Positions 32,533 through 43,709 of a DNA stretch of 64,000 nt are shown here, in pieces. Position 1 is the first letter of the stretch. Each line of letters opens with the position of its first letter. The DNA comes from an uncultured archaeon (GTDB lineage Archaea; Asgardarchaeota; Lokiarchaeia; Sigyniarchaeales; SOKP01). Where the stretch lies: contig CAZALK010000003.1 of the NCBI GenBank assembly GCA_964486045.1, forward strand, positions 128,001 through 192,000. The letters run 5' to 3'. The notes under the pieces are model-generated. The model worked only from the letters and a program-made list of their open reading frames with translations. It ran no database searches and was not told where the DNA came from. The position numbers and the translations under genes were made by a program.

Positions 32533-33639
32533 CTATTCCAATGGATAGTACAATAAATTTATTTCTGTTTTACTGTCAAAAACATGAACTCTTTCTTGTG
32601 GAAAAGAAAAATAAAAAGTATCTCCCATTCTACACTCAAAAAAACCCGGTACCGAAACTATACCATTCATTCCATCCTGAAATTCAAAAGTTATCATTGT
32701 TTCAGCTCCAAGAAACTCTACAACTGAAATTTCAGCCTTAAATGAATCTTGATGCTCATCAGGAATAATTTCAATGTGTTCTGGTCTAATTCCTAAGATA
32801 ATATTCTCTGAATTAGCCATACCTAGTTTTTGAACCATTTTCTCAGTAATTCGATATTTTTGTTGTCCAAACGTAATTTGTTTTCCATTAGATTTATTAA
32901 ATGTAGCATCAAAAAAATTCATGGAAGGTGAACCAATAAAACTTGCTACAAATTTATTAGCAGGTTTATTGTAGACCTCACTTGGAGTCCCTATTTGCTG
33001 AAATCTTCCATCAAATAGAATAGCTATACGATCAGCCATTGACATTGCTTCTACTTGATCATGAGTTACATAAACTTGAGTTATTTTTAGACTGTTTTGA
33101 AGTTTAATAAGTTCCCCCCGCATTTGAATACGGAGTTTTGCATCTAGATTACTTAAGGGTTCGTCAAAAAGAAAAACTGTAGGATTTCGCACTATACATC
33201 TACCAAGTGCCACCCGCTGTCGTTGACCTCCACTTAATTCTTTAGGTTTACGATCCAATAATTCTGAAATTCCAAGGATTTCAGCTGCTTCTTTTACCCT
33301 TCTATTTATGATAGATTTTTTAGTTTTAGCTAATTTTAGTGAGAAACTCATATTTTGTCTTACATTCATATGAGGATATAAAGCATAACTTTGAAATACC
33401 ATAGCTACTCTTCGCTCTTTAGGGGGCAAATAAGTTACGTCAATGTCATCGTATAAGACCCTACCATCTGTAACATATTCTAAGCCTGCAATGATATTTA
33501 AACAAGTGGATTTTCCACATCCAGATGGACCTACAAGAACCATGAATTCCTTATCTTTGATTTCCAAGTCAATATTTTTTAATACATGAACATCCGACCC
33601 GAATGTTTTGTTTACTTTTTCTAATTTAATATTAACCAA
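32533..33639 (-). CDS. malK: Sugar ABC transporter ATPase (MalK-like)
   Basis: GPSGCGKST, VFQSYALYPHM, LSGGQRQRVA, DEPLSNLDAKLR. Confidence 0.95.
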   Translation of the reverse strand: MVNIKLEKVNKTFGSDVHVLKNIDLEIKDKEFMVLVGPSGCGKSTCLNIIAGLEYVTDGRVLYDDIDVTYLPPKERRVAMVFQSYALYPHMNVRQNMSFSLKLAKTKKSIINRRVKEAAEILGISELLDRKPKELSGGQRQRVALGRCIVRNPTVFLFDEPLSNLDAKLRIQMRGELIKLQNSLKITQVYVTHDQVEAMSMADRIAILFDGRFQQIGTPSEVYNKPANKFVASFIGSPSMNFFDATFNKSNGKQITFGQQKYRITEKMVQKLGMANSENIILGIRPEHIEIIPDEHQDSFKAEISVVEFLGAETMITFEFQDGMNGIVSVPGFFECRMGDTFYFSFPQERVHVFDSKTEINLLYYPLE

Positions 33640-33662
33640 TTCAATAATCTCCTATAATCTAT

Positions 33663-36224
33663 TTAACCTTTAACAGCCCCTCTTGTTAGACCACTTATTA
33701 TTTTTTTTTGAAAAATTAAGACAAGAATTACCAAAGGAATTGTAGAAATGGTAGTGGCAGCCATGAGGGCAATATCAGTATCCCAGTTTGCTGTTAAACT
33801 CAACGGACTTTGGACAAACCGCAATATTGCTCGAGGAACTGTGTGATTTATGTCATTTACTAACCATATTTGTGCAAAAAGGAGTTCATTCCAAGAAGCA
33901 ATGAACACTAAAATTGCAACAGTGAAAATTCCAGGGATAGTTAATGGCAGAATAATTTTACGAAAGATTTGAAAATTTGAAGCTCCATCAACTTTGGCAG
34001 CCTTCCATAGATCCTCAGGTATCTCTCTGAAGAAAGCCTGTAATACAAAAACTGCTAAAGGTAAATTAAGAGCAGAATAAGGAAATACAAGACCAAATAT
34101 ATTATCACGAAGATCAAAAAGATCTGATGACGCAGAACGCATGAAGATAAAGAAGCTTATGCAAATTATGAGAATAATGCTTATAGAGGCAATTAAATGT
34201 TTCTTTTTATATTTATTAGTTTGTAAATAGAGTCCTATGGCTAGTCCAACGAAGACCATTCCTAGTACTAAAATTATATTACTCGTTATAACTCTATTTT
34301 CCAAAAGAAAATCTGAAGTTGTTGCTGTTTGGATGAAAAATGGGATGATTATTATTAAAGGAGGGAGACTTGTCATAGTGAATATAAAGCCGTTAATCCA
34401 AAATTTGCCAGAAAAATCAAATTTCGCTAAGGCGTAGGCAATTAAGGAGCCTATAATCAATACAACCACGACTGTTAACCCAGAAAGGATGAAACCGTTA
34501 AGAAGTGCTCGACCAAAACTCACTCCGGTAAATTCTGAAGTTTCAAACACAACTTGGAAAGCTCCAACTGAAGTTAAATCCGAATTTAACCATCCATATA
34601 GAACTATACCAAAAAGACATATGAAAAACACCAAACCTATGATTAGCACTAATCGTAGTATAAGATGAACCAAGACTAAATTTGATTGCGAATGCTCCTC
34701 TGAATTAATTTCAGATTCCGTAAAGGAGGTTAAATCTGAATCAAGTTTATTTACACTATCGTTGTATGATAGTTCTTTTGGGACAAATTTCTTTTCTTTA
34801 AGTTTAGTCCGCTTTATTCTTCGTTTCTTGATCTTTTTAATTCCACCTTTTAAGAATTTTGTAACGATAAAAAAAAGTGATACGATAAAAAGAAAAAGAG
34901 TAATTGCTACTATGAGATTTCTATACTCAAATGTTGTTTGTGGAATGAATGGATCATTAAATGAACGTATTACAATCCAGATAAAGGGAGCTGCGCAAAA
35001 AAGACACATGAAAATTACTGAAACTGCGAATAATCCTTTTTTAAGGATTAATTTAATGCGTATTAGTTTTATTTTTGATTCTGAAAACTCCTTCAACCTA
35101 ACTTTTGAATCAGGAATAGAATCCAAATCCTGATCATATTCAATTTCGATACTGTTAGAGGATAATTCTGTAAACTCTTCTTTTTTTTTTATAAAAGGTT
35201 TAAGTTTTCGTTTCCTCGTAGTTTCTTTTTCCCTATTTGAAAATTTTAAGATAAGTAAAGCAAATCCTATAATAAAGAGAAATAGCATTATGGCTACAAC
35301 CGAAGCTAGGCCATAGTCTTGAGCACTTAACCAAAAATTAACGGCATGCCAAGTCATAGATCTCACTTCTTTATCACGAAATACTATAATAGCATCATAA
35401 ACCCTTAGAGCGTCCATCATTCTAAAAACAAGAGCGACTCCCACTCCAGGTTTTATCAAAGGCCAAGTTATGTATCTAAATTTCTGCCAACTATTTGCAC
35501 CTGCAATATCCGCTGCTTTATCTAAATCCTCTGGAACAATCTGTAACACAGCTAGTATTAATAATGTGAGAAATGGGGTTGTTTTCCACACATCAATAGC
35601 AATAGCTGTGAACATTGTACCTGTAATGTCAATTTCTGTAATGAAAGGCTCATAAGGAACTAAAGTAGGTAATTTAAATAAAACTTCAGCATCAGGGCCA
35701 AAAAATGCAACTGGTCGAAGAGAAAGTAATTCTAAAAAATTGTTTAACAATCCAAATTGATCGATTGGTGCAAATATTTCATAACGAAATATAGTTGCTG
35801 AGGCAATAGTTGGAAGTGCCCAAGGAATCAGTATTGTTGCCCGAGCTAATCCACGACCTCGAAATTTTTTATTTAAAAGTTTAGCAAACATTAATCCTAA
35901 AGTAAACTCAATAATTAATGACACACTCGCAAAAAAGAGAGTTTGATAAGTATATTGCCAAAAATCGCGTGTTCTAACACCCCCATGAAATAGAACCCAA
36001 TAAAAATTGTCTATAGTGAATCTATCTCCAAAATAACCCGTAACGCCTGTACTATTCCTAAAGCTAACAATTATTCCGATTATAATTGGAAACAATATTA
36101 TTAAAATAAAAATGAATATGGCTGGTGTAATTAAAGAAATAAGGAATGTTTTGTTACTGGGAGGTTTTTCTCTTACTCCTAATGACATTTCGAATGTTGT
36201 ATCTTCAAGCAAAGGAGTACTCAA
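33663..36224 (-). CDS. Fused sugar ABC permease (MalF-like plus MalG-like)
   Basis: Two EAA loops (AADIAGANSWQKFRYITWP; AAKVDGASNFQIFRKIILP); C-terminal ISGLTRGAVKG. Confidence 0.9.
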   Translation of the reverse strand: MSTPLLEDTTFEMSLGVREKPPSNKTFLISLITPAIFIFILIILFPIIIGIIVSFRNSTGVTGYFGDRFTIDNFYWVLFHGGVRTRDFWQYTYQTLFFASVSLIIEFTLGLMFAKLLNKKFRGRGLARATILIPWALPTIASATIFRYEIFAPIDQFGLLNNFLELLSLRPVAFFGPDAEVLFKLPTLVPYEPFITEIDITGTMFTAIAIDVWKTTPFLTLLILAVLQIVPEDLDKAADIAGANSWQKFRYITWPLIKPGVGVALVFRMMDALRVYDAIIVFRDKEVRSMTWHAVNFWLSAQDYGLASVVAIMLFLFIIGFALLILKFSNREKETTRKRKLKPFIKKKEEFTELSSNSIEIEYDQDLDSIPDSKVRLKEFSESKIKLIRIKLILKKGLFAVSVIFMCLFCAAPFIWIVIRSFNDPFIPQTTFEYRNLIVAITLFLFIVSLFFIVTKFLKGGIKKIKKRRIKRTKLKEKKFVPKELSYNDSVNKLDSDLTSFTESEINSEEHSQSNLVLVHLILRLVLIIGLVFFICLFGIVLYGWLNSDLTSVGAFQVVFETSEFTGVSFGRALLNGFILSGLTVVVVLIIGSLIAYALAKFDFSGKFWINGFIFTMTSLPPLIIIIPFFIQTATTSDFLLENRVITSNIILVLGMVFVGLAIGLYLQTNKYKKKHLIASISIILIICISFFIFMRSASSDLFDLRDNIFGLVFPYSALNLPLAVFVLQAFFREIPEDLWKAAKVDGASNFQIFRKIILPLTIPGIFTVAILVFIASWNELLFAQIWLVNDINHTVPRAILRFVQSPLSLTANWDTDIALMAATTISTIPLVILVLIFQKKIISGLTRGAVKG

Positions 36225-36306
36225 ATTTTGACCTCTCCAATTATAGTTAATAACTTCATAAAAATTAAAAAAAAAAAATTAGTTTAATTAAATTTCTTAT
36301 AGTTTA

Positions 36307-37746
36307 TTATTTATTTCTTCTCCTCATATAAACAGCAATAATTGCTATCATTGACACAGCAGCTAAACCTATAATGGTTAATTCAAATCCAGGAATAGGT
36401 GCTCCAGGTAAACCTGATAGTAATTCTGTTACATCTGTGTCCATTTGTGCAAGAGCATCTGCAACTTCTTTGTTACAACTCAATAAATCGCTAAAATAGT
36501 CAGCAATAATGGTTGAAGCTTCCGAGTATTTTGGATGAACTGGTCTTGCGAGAGTTCTATCTAACTGAGCTGACCAATCTCCTATCCATGAAAAGCCTGG
36601 AGGTGGAGAAGTGTAAACAGATTTCAGAGCTGGAAAGTTAGAAATATTTGTAAGTTCAAATTCTTGAGCTAGTGTATCACCAAGGAATCTTATTAGATTT
36701 AATGCTTCAGGCTTATTACTACTATATTCTGATATTGCTAAAACAGCACCACCTACTGCAGAAGATTTCTCATCTACTGCTCCAGTAAAAGTTGGAAGAG
36801 CAGCAACTCCAAAATCCATACCATTGTCTACTGATAATCCATAAGCAAAAGTCCATTGCCGCATGAAAATAGAATTATTCCCTAGCCACCTTCCTACAGA
36901 GGATCCTTCATCATCAACTATTCCAGTACGTGGAATTATGAAGTCAGTGCCTTGAACGCCTGTATATTGAGGTGGGACCAGTGCTTTAATGAAATCCATT
37001 GCCTCTGCAACATCAGGAGTATCAATATTCACGGCTCCTGTACTAGTAACTAAATCTGTGACTCCATTACTCCCCGCCCATTCAAAGAAATTAACAACAC
37101 CACCCTCATATGCATCCAGTTGACCAACATATCCAACTAAATCTGCGTTAACGAGATTGCCACTGACGTTATTTAGAATATAATTTGCGGTCGCATTTAA
37201 TTCTGCCCATGTATCAAAATCTGCTGGTGTAAAACCTTCGGACGTAATTAAATCATTTCTATAGAATAAAATACCTAAATTCATAAAATATGGATAAGCC
37301 CATATCTTACCCTTGTAAGTACCTGAGTCTACCATACCAGATACATAATCATCCATTTCATTAGCATCTAAAAGCGGGGTGAGATCTACGATCCATCCAT
37401 TTTCTGCAAATTGAGCTGGCCAAATAGTATCCAAACCAATGACATCGAATTCAGTATCTTGTGCCTCCATAAGTGCAACTGTATATGCTAGCTGGTCATT
37501 AGATCTAGTTCCTGAGGCTACTACATCTACACTAGTAACTCCAGTACCTAATGTATCATTTAAAAAATCAGCAATAACACCATCAACTCCTGGCTTTTGC
37601 TGGTCAGAAACGATGATTTTTAAAGTTACTTGAGCTGGAACGGGTTTAGTGTTTGCTTTAATCGGCATTACAGCAACTGATGCTGTAAGAAGAAATAAAA
37701 ATGCTACCAGTAAAATAAATGCCTTAGAATTAATATTTTTCTTCAT
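36307..37746 (-). CDS. Sugar (trehalose/maltose-like) ABC substrate-binding protein with IPGF C-terminal anchor
   Basis: Signal peptide; LDTIWPAQFA, LFYRNDL, ARPVHPKY; ends IPGF-TM-RRRNK. Confidence 0.9.
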   Translation of the reverse strand: MKKNINSKAFILLVAFLFLLTASVAVMPIKANTKPVPAQVTLKIIVSDQQKPGVDGVIADFLNDTLGTGVTSVDVVASGTRSNDQLAYTVALMEAQDTEFDVIGLDTIWPAQFAENGWIVDLTPLLDANEMDDYVSGMVDSGTYKGKIWAYPYFMNLGILFYRNDLITSEGFTPADFDTWAELNATANYILNNVSGNLVNADLVGYVGQLDAYEGGVVNFFEWAGSNGVTDLVTSTGAVNIDTPDVAEAMDFIKALVPPQYTGVQGTDFIIPRTGIVDDEGSSVGRWLGNNSIFMRQWTFAYGLSVDNGMDFGVAALPTFTGAVDEKSSAVGGAVLAISEYSSNKPEALNLIRFLGDTLAQEFELTNISNFPALKSVYTSPPPGFSWIGDWSAQLDRTLARPVHPKYSEASTIIADYFSDLLSCNKEVADALAQMDTDVTELLSGLPGAPIPGFELTIIGLAAVSMIAIIAVYMRRRNK

Positions 37747-37972
37747 ATTTTTTAGATCACTTTTTTTCGTTTTTTGGATAAATTTTCACCTTTCGCTAAT
37801 AATGTAAAATATTGTCGAAAAGTAAACAAAATATATGATATTTTTGTATTTAAATATTTGCCACAAATGTTAAAAGTGCTCTAATAAAATAATTAAATAT
37901 TTGCATCATAAATTAATGACATAAGTTATAAAATAAAATTCTATGAAAAATCTAATGTAGTTGGGTTAATTA

Positions 37973-39193
37973 ATGGAAAATAATAGCACACCTATTTTAA
38001 AAGCATACCAAGCTTTAGTTGGGAAAGATCAAATAAGCCTTTTACTTAAAAAAGCAAAAAAATTTGAAAATAATAGAATTCTCCATGTGAATGCCACTAA
38101 GTTCGGAGGAGGTGTAGCTGAAATTCTAACTAATATGATACCTCTAATGCGAGAGCTGAAGTTAAATGCAGAATGGAAAATTTTCACTGCACCGGACAGT
38201 TTTTTTGAGATATCAAAGAAAATGCATAACGCCTTACAAGGGAATATGGAAATTCACTTTTCAAATGAAGAAATTTCAGATTTTCTTTCGCAAGCAGAAT
38301 CTACATACAATCAAATCCAGCCTAAGGGAGATTTTATAATCATACATGATCCACAACCATGCCCTGTGATAAAGTGGGAAGAGAAGAGAAAAGGAAAATG
38401 GATTTGGAGATGTCATATAGACACTAAGAATCCCAATCCTCAAGCTTGGAATTTAATTTCAAAATATCTTCCTCTGTATGATGCCCTTGTTTTTACAAAA
38501 AGGGAGTATGTACAAGATGGGACTCAAAACTTAATATTTCCGATTACCCCCTCAATAGATCCATTTTCTGAGAAAAATAGGGATCTTGGAGATGAATTTG
38601 CAAAAGAAATCATTGAAAAATTTGTTCCCTTAGATAAACCTCTTATTACTCAAGTATCTAGGTTTGATCCTTGGAAGGATCCCTTAGGAGTAATTGATGT
38701 ATATAGGATAGTTAAAGAAACAATCCCGGTTAGATTAGTTTTAATTGGGAGTTTAGCTCACGATGATCCAGAGGGAGAGGAATGGTTAGAAAAAGTAAAA
38801 AATCATGCGAATGGTGATCCTGATATATTTATTTTCACTAATTTAGATGGTGTAGCGGATTTAGAAGTGAATGCATTTCAGCGAATATCTGATATAATCA
38901 TGCAAAAATCAATTAAAGAAGGTTTTGGGATGACAGTCACAGAAGCACTTTGGAAAAAAACTCCAGTTATCGGTGGTAATGTTGGAGGGATAAAATTACA
39001 AATTGAGGACGGAATAAGTGGATATTTAGTTAATTCGGTGGAAGAGGCGGCTGAGAAGGTATTATATTTATTAAAAAATCCAAAAATTTCAAGAGAGATG
39101 GGAAAAAAAGGTCATGAAAAAGTAAAAAGTGAGTTTCTCTTAATTAAACATGTGGAAAATTACTTAGATTTATTTTCAGTTTTATCAAAATAA
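37973..39193 (+). CDS. treT: Trehalose synthase (glycosyltransferring, GT4)
   Basis: GGGVAEIL, HDPQP, WRCHID, QVSRFDPWKD, EGFGMTVTEALWK. Confidence 0.92.
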   Translation: MENNSTPILKAYQALVGKDQISLLLKKAKKFENNRILHVNATKFGGGVAEILTNMIPLMRELKLNAEWKIFTAPDSFFEISKKMHNALQGNMEIHFSNEEISDFLSQAESTYNQIQPKGDFIIIHDPQPCPVIKWEEKRKGKWIWRCHIDTKNPNPQAWNLISKYLPLYDALVFTKREYVQDGTQNLIFPITPSIDPFSEKNRDLGDEFAKEIIEKFVPLDKPLITQVSRFDPWKDPLGVIDVYRIVKETIPVRLVLIGSLAHDDPEGEEWLEKVKNHANGDPDIFIFTNLDGVADLEVNAFQRISDIIMQKSIKEGFGMTVTEALWKKTPVIGGNVGGIKLQIEDGISGYLVNSVEEAAEKVLYLLKNPKISREMGKKGHEKVKSEFLLIKHVENYLDLFSVLSK

Positions 39194-39236
39194 AGTGACA
39201 AATATAAGAGAAGTTAAAAAAAAGAAGCAATTTTTT

Positions 39237-40592
39237 TTATAAACTGGTACCATCAACTTCGATGCTACCAGTTCTTATCGTCAAGTTTAAAGTATAGGTA
39301 CTTGTTGCTGTTGCATAATCAAGAGAAAAGAATGGATTGAAATTTGTAGCAGAAAAACCACCTCCACTACTAGTGCGTATATAACTCCCTGTTGACCAGT
39401 TCCCAAAAAAACTGGCACCAACACTTGCTTGATTATCTTTATAGATAACAGCAATACTCCCTGTAGATGTTGATAAAGATCCTGACACATTAACACCCAT
39501 ATCAACATTTTGATAAATTTCTGTATCAATGCTCCCTGTTGATGTCTCGAAATTCCAAACACTATTTTGAGAGTATGTCATGTTATAACTCCTCAAAATT
39601 ATGTTTCCAGTTGAAACTTTCCCCGATATATTGTTTCCTATTATACAATTAGTAAAATTAAATATCAATGATCCTTCTGATGTAGTTGCTGATAGACCTT
39701 GGGTTAGATTAGTATTCTTAGCAAACATTGCTATAGTTCCTGTTCTTGCAATCATTCTTACGTTACCATTGAAGGTTACATTTTTATCTGCTAGTATTGA
39801 TACTGAACCAGTTGATGTCTTTAGGATAATATTATTAATTACAATGTAATTTGGGATATTCAAGCTAACTGACCCTGTGCCACTTAGTGTATCAATGTCA
39901 TAAATAACATCCGTTCTAAGTGTTACTTCAATTATTATGTTTTGAGAAAGGAGAAAAAGAGAACTCGTTGGCTTTTTCTCAAGTTCAAATGTTACTACAG
40001 GAACGCTATTAATTAGAGGAGAACTATTATATGGTATTCGTTTGAAAAAATCATTAAATGATTTACCCTCAATAAAACCACCGCTAATTTTAACATATAA
40101 ATCTAATTTCACATAATAATCGGTTGGCGTTGTATTGTAATTTACTATTATACTTCCTACATCACTGTTAAAGCTAACTTTTTCTACAGGTGTAGGAGCA
40201 CTGGATTCAAAATAATAGGTATCTGAATATTCAAATTCACCCCAAGTTGTAGCCACCACCATCCCAAAATTCACTCCTCCAGTCATGATAAGAGCAGAAA
40301 TTATAAAAAGAATTACTTTTAGGTTTTTTCTCATTTTTACCTTTTTTATTAAGACAAACCAAGTCATATCTGCAACTAAAATAAGAACGAAAGTAGATAT
40401 TGCAGTTGAAATAAAACCAAAGAACCAACCTCCTTCCACTGAATAACTAAAATTCATTCTTAAAACATTGTAAGTTATTAAAAAAGCAAAATAAAACATA
40501 AAAATGGTTATTAATATCAATCTTTTCAAAATTTTTCTATTATATCTTACAAAATCCCTAAGAAAACTTCCCCGTTCCATTAACTTCACCAT
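39237..40592 (-). CDS. Membrane-anchored beta-strand-repeat protein (DUF4097/adhesin-like)
   Basis: Three N-terminal TM helices, then repeated (T/S)TGS(V/I) units. Confidence 0.72.
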   Translation of the reverse strand: MVKLMERGSFLRDFVRYNRKILKRLILITIFMFYFAFLITYNVLRMNFSYSVEGGWFFGFISTAISTFVLILVADMTWFVLIKKVKMRKNLKVILFIISALIMTGGVNFGMVVATTWGEFEYSDTYYFESSAPTPVEKVSFNSDVGSIIVNYNTTPTDYYVKLDLYVKISGGFIEGKSFNDFFKRIPYNSSPLINSVPVVTFELEKKPTSSLFLLSQNIIIEVTLRTDVIYDIDTLSGTGSVSLNIPNYIVINNIILKTSTGSVSILADKNVTFNGNVRMIARTGTIAMFAKNTNLTQGLSATTSEGSLIFNFTNCIIGNNISGKVSTGNIILRSYNMTYSQNSVWNFETSTGSIDTEIYQNVDMGVNVSGSLSTSTGSIAVIYKDNQASVGASFFGNWSTGSYIRTSSGGGFSATNFNPFFSLDYATATSTYTLNLTIRTGSIEVDGTSL

Positions 40593-40953
40593 TTTTGCTA
40601 ATTTTGCAGATTTTTACAAATTTATATAAAAACCTCGATTAACTAATAATTTATTATTCTAGTGTTTATAAAAATTATTCTTGAAAATTATAGATTATTG
40701 CATTAATATATTAGAAGTTTATATTGCTAAAGAAAAATAAAAAGGTATGTTCTATACTATTGCTGAGGATTTGATATTTTATCAATTATTATCCTTTCAT
40801 AGAAAATATACCAATTTCGAAATAAAACTTCATAATTATTTTCATGCTAAAACAGGGGGAATCTATCCAGAATTCATTATTATTCTAAAACAATTTATTT
40901 TCTTTTTTGTAAAGAATAAACACTACTTCGCTTCTAAGCTTCATTTAGATTCA

Positions 40954-41250
40954 ATGAGGAGAGGAATGAAAAGTAAAAAATTAATTATTATCAGAACTGA
41001 AAATGTATTAATTAATTTGCTATTTAGCTTATTCCCTGATTTATACATCCACGATATTATATTGGAAGCAAATGACACCTCAAACCATAGAGAAATCTCA
41101 ATACATTTTTTAACATTTAAAGAAAGGGGAATAGCAATCGGAAGAGGAGGTGAGTATATTAAATGTGTAAATGAGTTATTTAAACACTTTATTAGGTTTA
41201 GCATTAAAGAAGAACCAATGGAAATAAAATGTAAAAATTTATGTGAATAA
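40954..41250 (+). CDS. KH-domain protein (archaeal NusA-like); start probably 40954 or 40966
   Basis: ERGIAIGRGGEYIK KH GxxG loop; GGAGAGG upstream of ATG 40966. Confidence 0.7.
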   Translation: MRRGMKSKKLIIIRTENVLINLLFSLFPDLYIHDIILEANDTSNHREISIHFLTFKERGIAIGRGGEYIKCVNELFKHFIRFSIKEEPMEIKCKNLCE

Positions 41251-41286
41251 ATCTAGAAACCAGTAGGAAAGATTTATCGATATTCA

Positions 41287-42525
41287 TTAATACAATGCTA
41301 AAATAACATCCTTAAGCTGATCAACAGTGGTATAATGATTTTTACCACCTGTTCTTAAATAGTCCATGGCATTTTCAATACCTTTGATACTGAGATGAAA
41401 GGTTGGAATAATCTTCGAGATTTTTAATTTAGTCCACGACATCCATTCAGGCCGGACTGGTTCAGGATTTATCCAAATAATATTTTTTTTAAAATGACTG
41501 GCAATTTCACTAATATAATAGATTCCTGACTTCTTGTTGCTTGCATCATCATATATAGCTCCATGTGGATTTACTAACTCACTTCGATACATAGTTTGAT
41601 CTCCCACAATTATAACTCTATAAGAATCATCATATTTTTTAAGGAAATCATCGAAGTCAATCGCTCGATCTGTATTTCTTTTAGCATCATGATATAAATA
41701 ATTATAAATACAATTGTGAAAGTAAAAATACTTGAAAACTTTCCAATGAGATATATTGTTCGCTGCTGAGAATAATAGATTTACTTGATAAATATATGGG
41801 TCCATCGTTCCACCAACGTCCATTAAAAGTAATAGCTTTACATTGTTTTTTTTCCTTTTACTGAAAAATAGCTCAATATCCCCACCATTTCTACCAGTTT
41901 CGTCAATAGTCTTCTTAAGATCTAATTCATCCTTTTTGCCAATTTCATCTAACCTCTTAAGTCTTTTCAACGCAATCTTTATTTGTCGTGTATCCATAAC
42001 TAAATCTTTCCTGTAATCTTGGAACATTCTTTTTTGGGCAATTTTTACTGCACTTTGCATTCCACCTTCACCTGCTATTCTAATACCCATTAAATTTTGA
42101 CCCATATTACCAAAGTTTGATTGACCAAGTGTACCTATCCATTGATCTCCAAAATTATGTTCCTCATCTTGCTCTTGAAGTAATTTTCTGAATTGTTCCT
42201 CTAATTCTTCTAAACTCATATTTGGAAACAATTTTTCAAAAACCGCGGGTAGTTGGAGAATTTTAATGTTTTTATTCAACCACTCCCAAATCTCTTGTTG
42301 GATCTCTTCAGGAAATTTAATTCCTGCATCCTTGAAAAAATTCGCGAAAGCGATGTCATAAATATCGAAATGGTGCTCATTGTGGCAGAGGATAGACCTT
42401 GATACATAATAAAATTCGACCATGTTCTTTATAAGCCCCTTATTGAGAGCCTCCAGCAAAGTTAGGTATTCAGTAATACTTACGGGTAAAATTTCACGAA
42501 GGTAATAAAAATAATCCAAGAACAT
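41287..42525 (-). CDS. VWA-domain protein (CoxE-like MoxR partner), short paralog
   Basis: LLMDVGGTM, FYFHNCIY; clear paralog of 29072-30496. Confidence 0.9.
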   Translation of the reverse strand: MFLDYFYYLREILPVSITEYLTLLEALNKGLIKNMVEFYYVSRSILCHNEHHFDIYDIAFANFFKDAGIKFPEEIQQEIWEWLNKNIKILQLPAVFEKLFPNMSLEELEEQFRKLLQEQDEEHNFGDQWIGTLGQSNFGNMGQNLMGIRIAGEGGMQSAVKIAQKRMFQDYRKDLVMDTRQIKIALKRLKRLDEIGKKDELDLKKTIDETGRNGGDIELFFSKRKKNNVKLLLLMDVGGTMDPYIYQVNLLFSAANNISHWKVFKYFYFHNCIYNYLYHDAKRNTDRAIDFDDFLKKYDDSYRVIIVGDQTMYRSELVNPHGAIYDDASNKKSGIYYISEIASHFKKNIIWINPEPVRPEWMSWTKLKISKIIPTFHLSIKGIENAMDYLRTGGKNHYTTVDQLKDVILALY

Positions 42526-42705
42526 AGAAAATGAAAGTTAGGGTGGGAATTTTAGTTTTTCTATTTTACTTACATAATTAAAATTTAATATATTCTTTTC
42601 TACTTTTTTCTTTTTGAGCATGAATAAAACACCGTTTTAATGAACAACTCATAAAACGCAATATGTAGTAGAAACGTAGGTAATATTTAAAATTTACATA
42701 GGTCT

Positions 42706-43458
42706 TTAATAAAGGTTAAAATTTAATTCAGAAATTTTATCGTGAATCTTATTCCTTAATTCTCTTGACATATCATTAATAAAATCCTCCGGAGTTTCCT
42801 CTAAATATTCAGTTAATACTTTTTCAATTGTAGGAGAAATTTTTTGTATTACTATCTCAAGAATTTCATGTTTCCTTAAGTATTTGTTTTGAAATGTTTG
42901 TATATAGGTTTTATTCAACTTCTTTAACCATCCTTTTCCTTTATTTTCTAATATTCTAAGAACCTTTCTGGAATTTGAATCATTAAAATTGTGAAACTCA
43001 AATTCGTACTTAGCTAAAATTTCTTTAAAGTATTGAATTATTTCTTCCTTTTCTTTTAGATTTAAATCTACTTTGGAATTAAGGAAAACAATTACCATAT
43101 AAGTATCAAACAGAAAATATAACTGGACTTTAATATTAGATCCATGAATTTCAAGATTCGATAAGTTTTGTATGTTCGTTTGTCCTGCAAATGTTTTAAA
43201 TGAACTAAAATACATTGAAATTAAATCGATTTCTAATAAATTCTTATTCTTTTCGGACAAATATGATTTTATTGGATTATATTTTCCTTCAGGCTTATTT
43301 CCATACTCAAGAACCATTAATGTGTTTCCAAATTGATCAGCTAGCACAATCCCGATAATTGGTGGTATTTTGTTAAAATCAAATGAGAATTTTGCAATTT
43401 CATCTAATTTTCTATTAATGATAGTTCCGTTATTATGGATTGTATTATAAGATTTCAT
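42706..43458 (-). CDS. Longin/roadblock-like domain protein
   Basis: IIGIVLADQFGNTL...DLISMYFSSFKTFA...LEIHG pattern; ATG at 43458 preferred as start. Confidence 0.6.
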   Translation of the reverse strand: MKSYNTIHNNGTIINRKLDEIAKFSFDFNKIPPIIGIVLADQFGNTLMVLEYGNKPEGKYNPIKSYLSEKNKNLLEIDLISMYFSSFKTFAGQTNIQNLSNLEIHGSNIKVQLYFLFDTYMVIVFLNSKVDLNLKEKEEIIQYFKEILAKYEFEFHNFNDSNSRKVLRILENKGKGWLKKLNKTYIQTFQNKYLRKHEILEIVIQKISPTIEKVLTEYLEETPEDFINDMSRELRNKIHDKISELNFNLY

Positions 43459-43709
43459 AACATCATTATTTGAAGTAATTTTTTTTGTATAAACCAAAAA
43501 TTTAATTTGCATTTCAATTAATCTCTCAATCATAATAAACATTAAGGAGGGTGTCGGTTTTAACAAAATGTGGTTCTTTCCTTCTAAATTGGCCCGACAA
43601 AAATCATTTAACAGATAAGATTATGGAAAGCTGCATATTCTCTATTTATATTATTTGGATATCAAAAAGAAAATCGGTTGACTTAACGAAAAGTATAACC
43701 ATTAAATCT

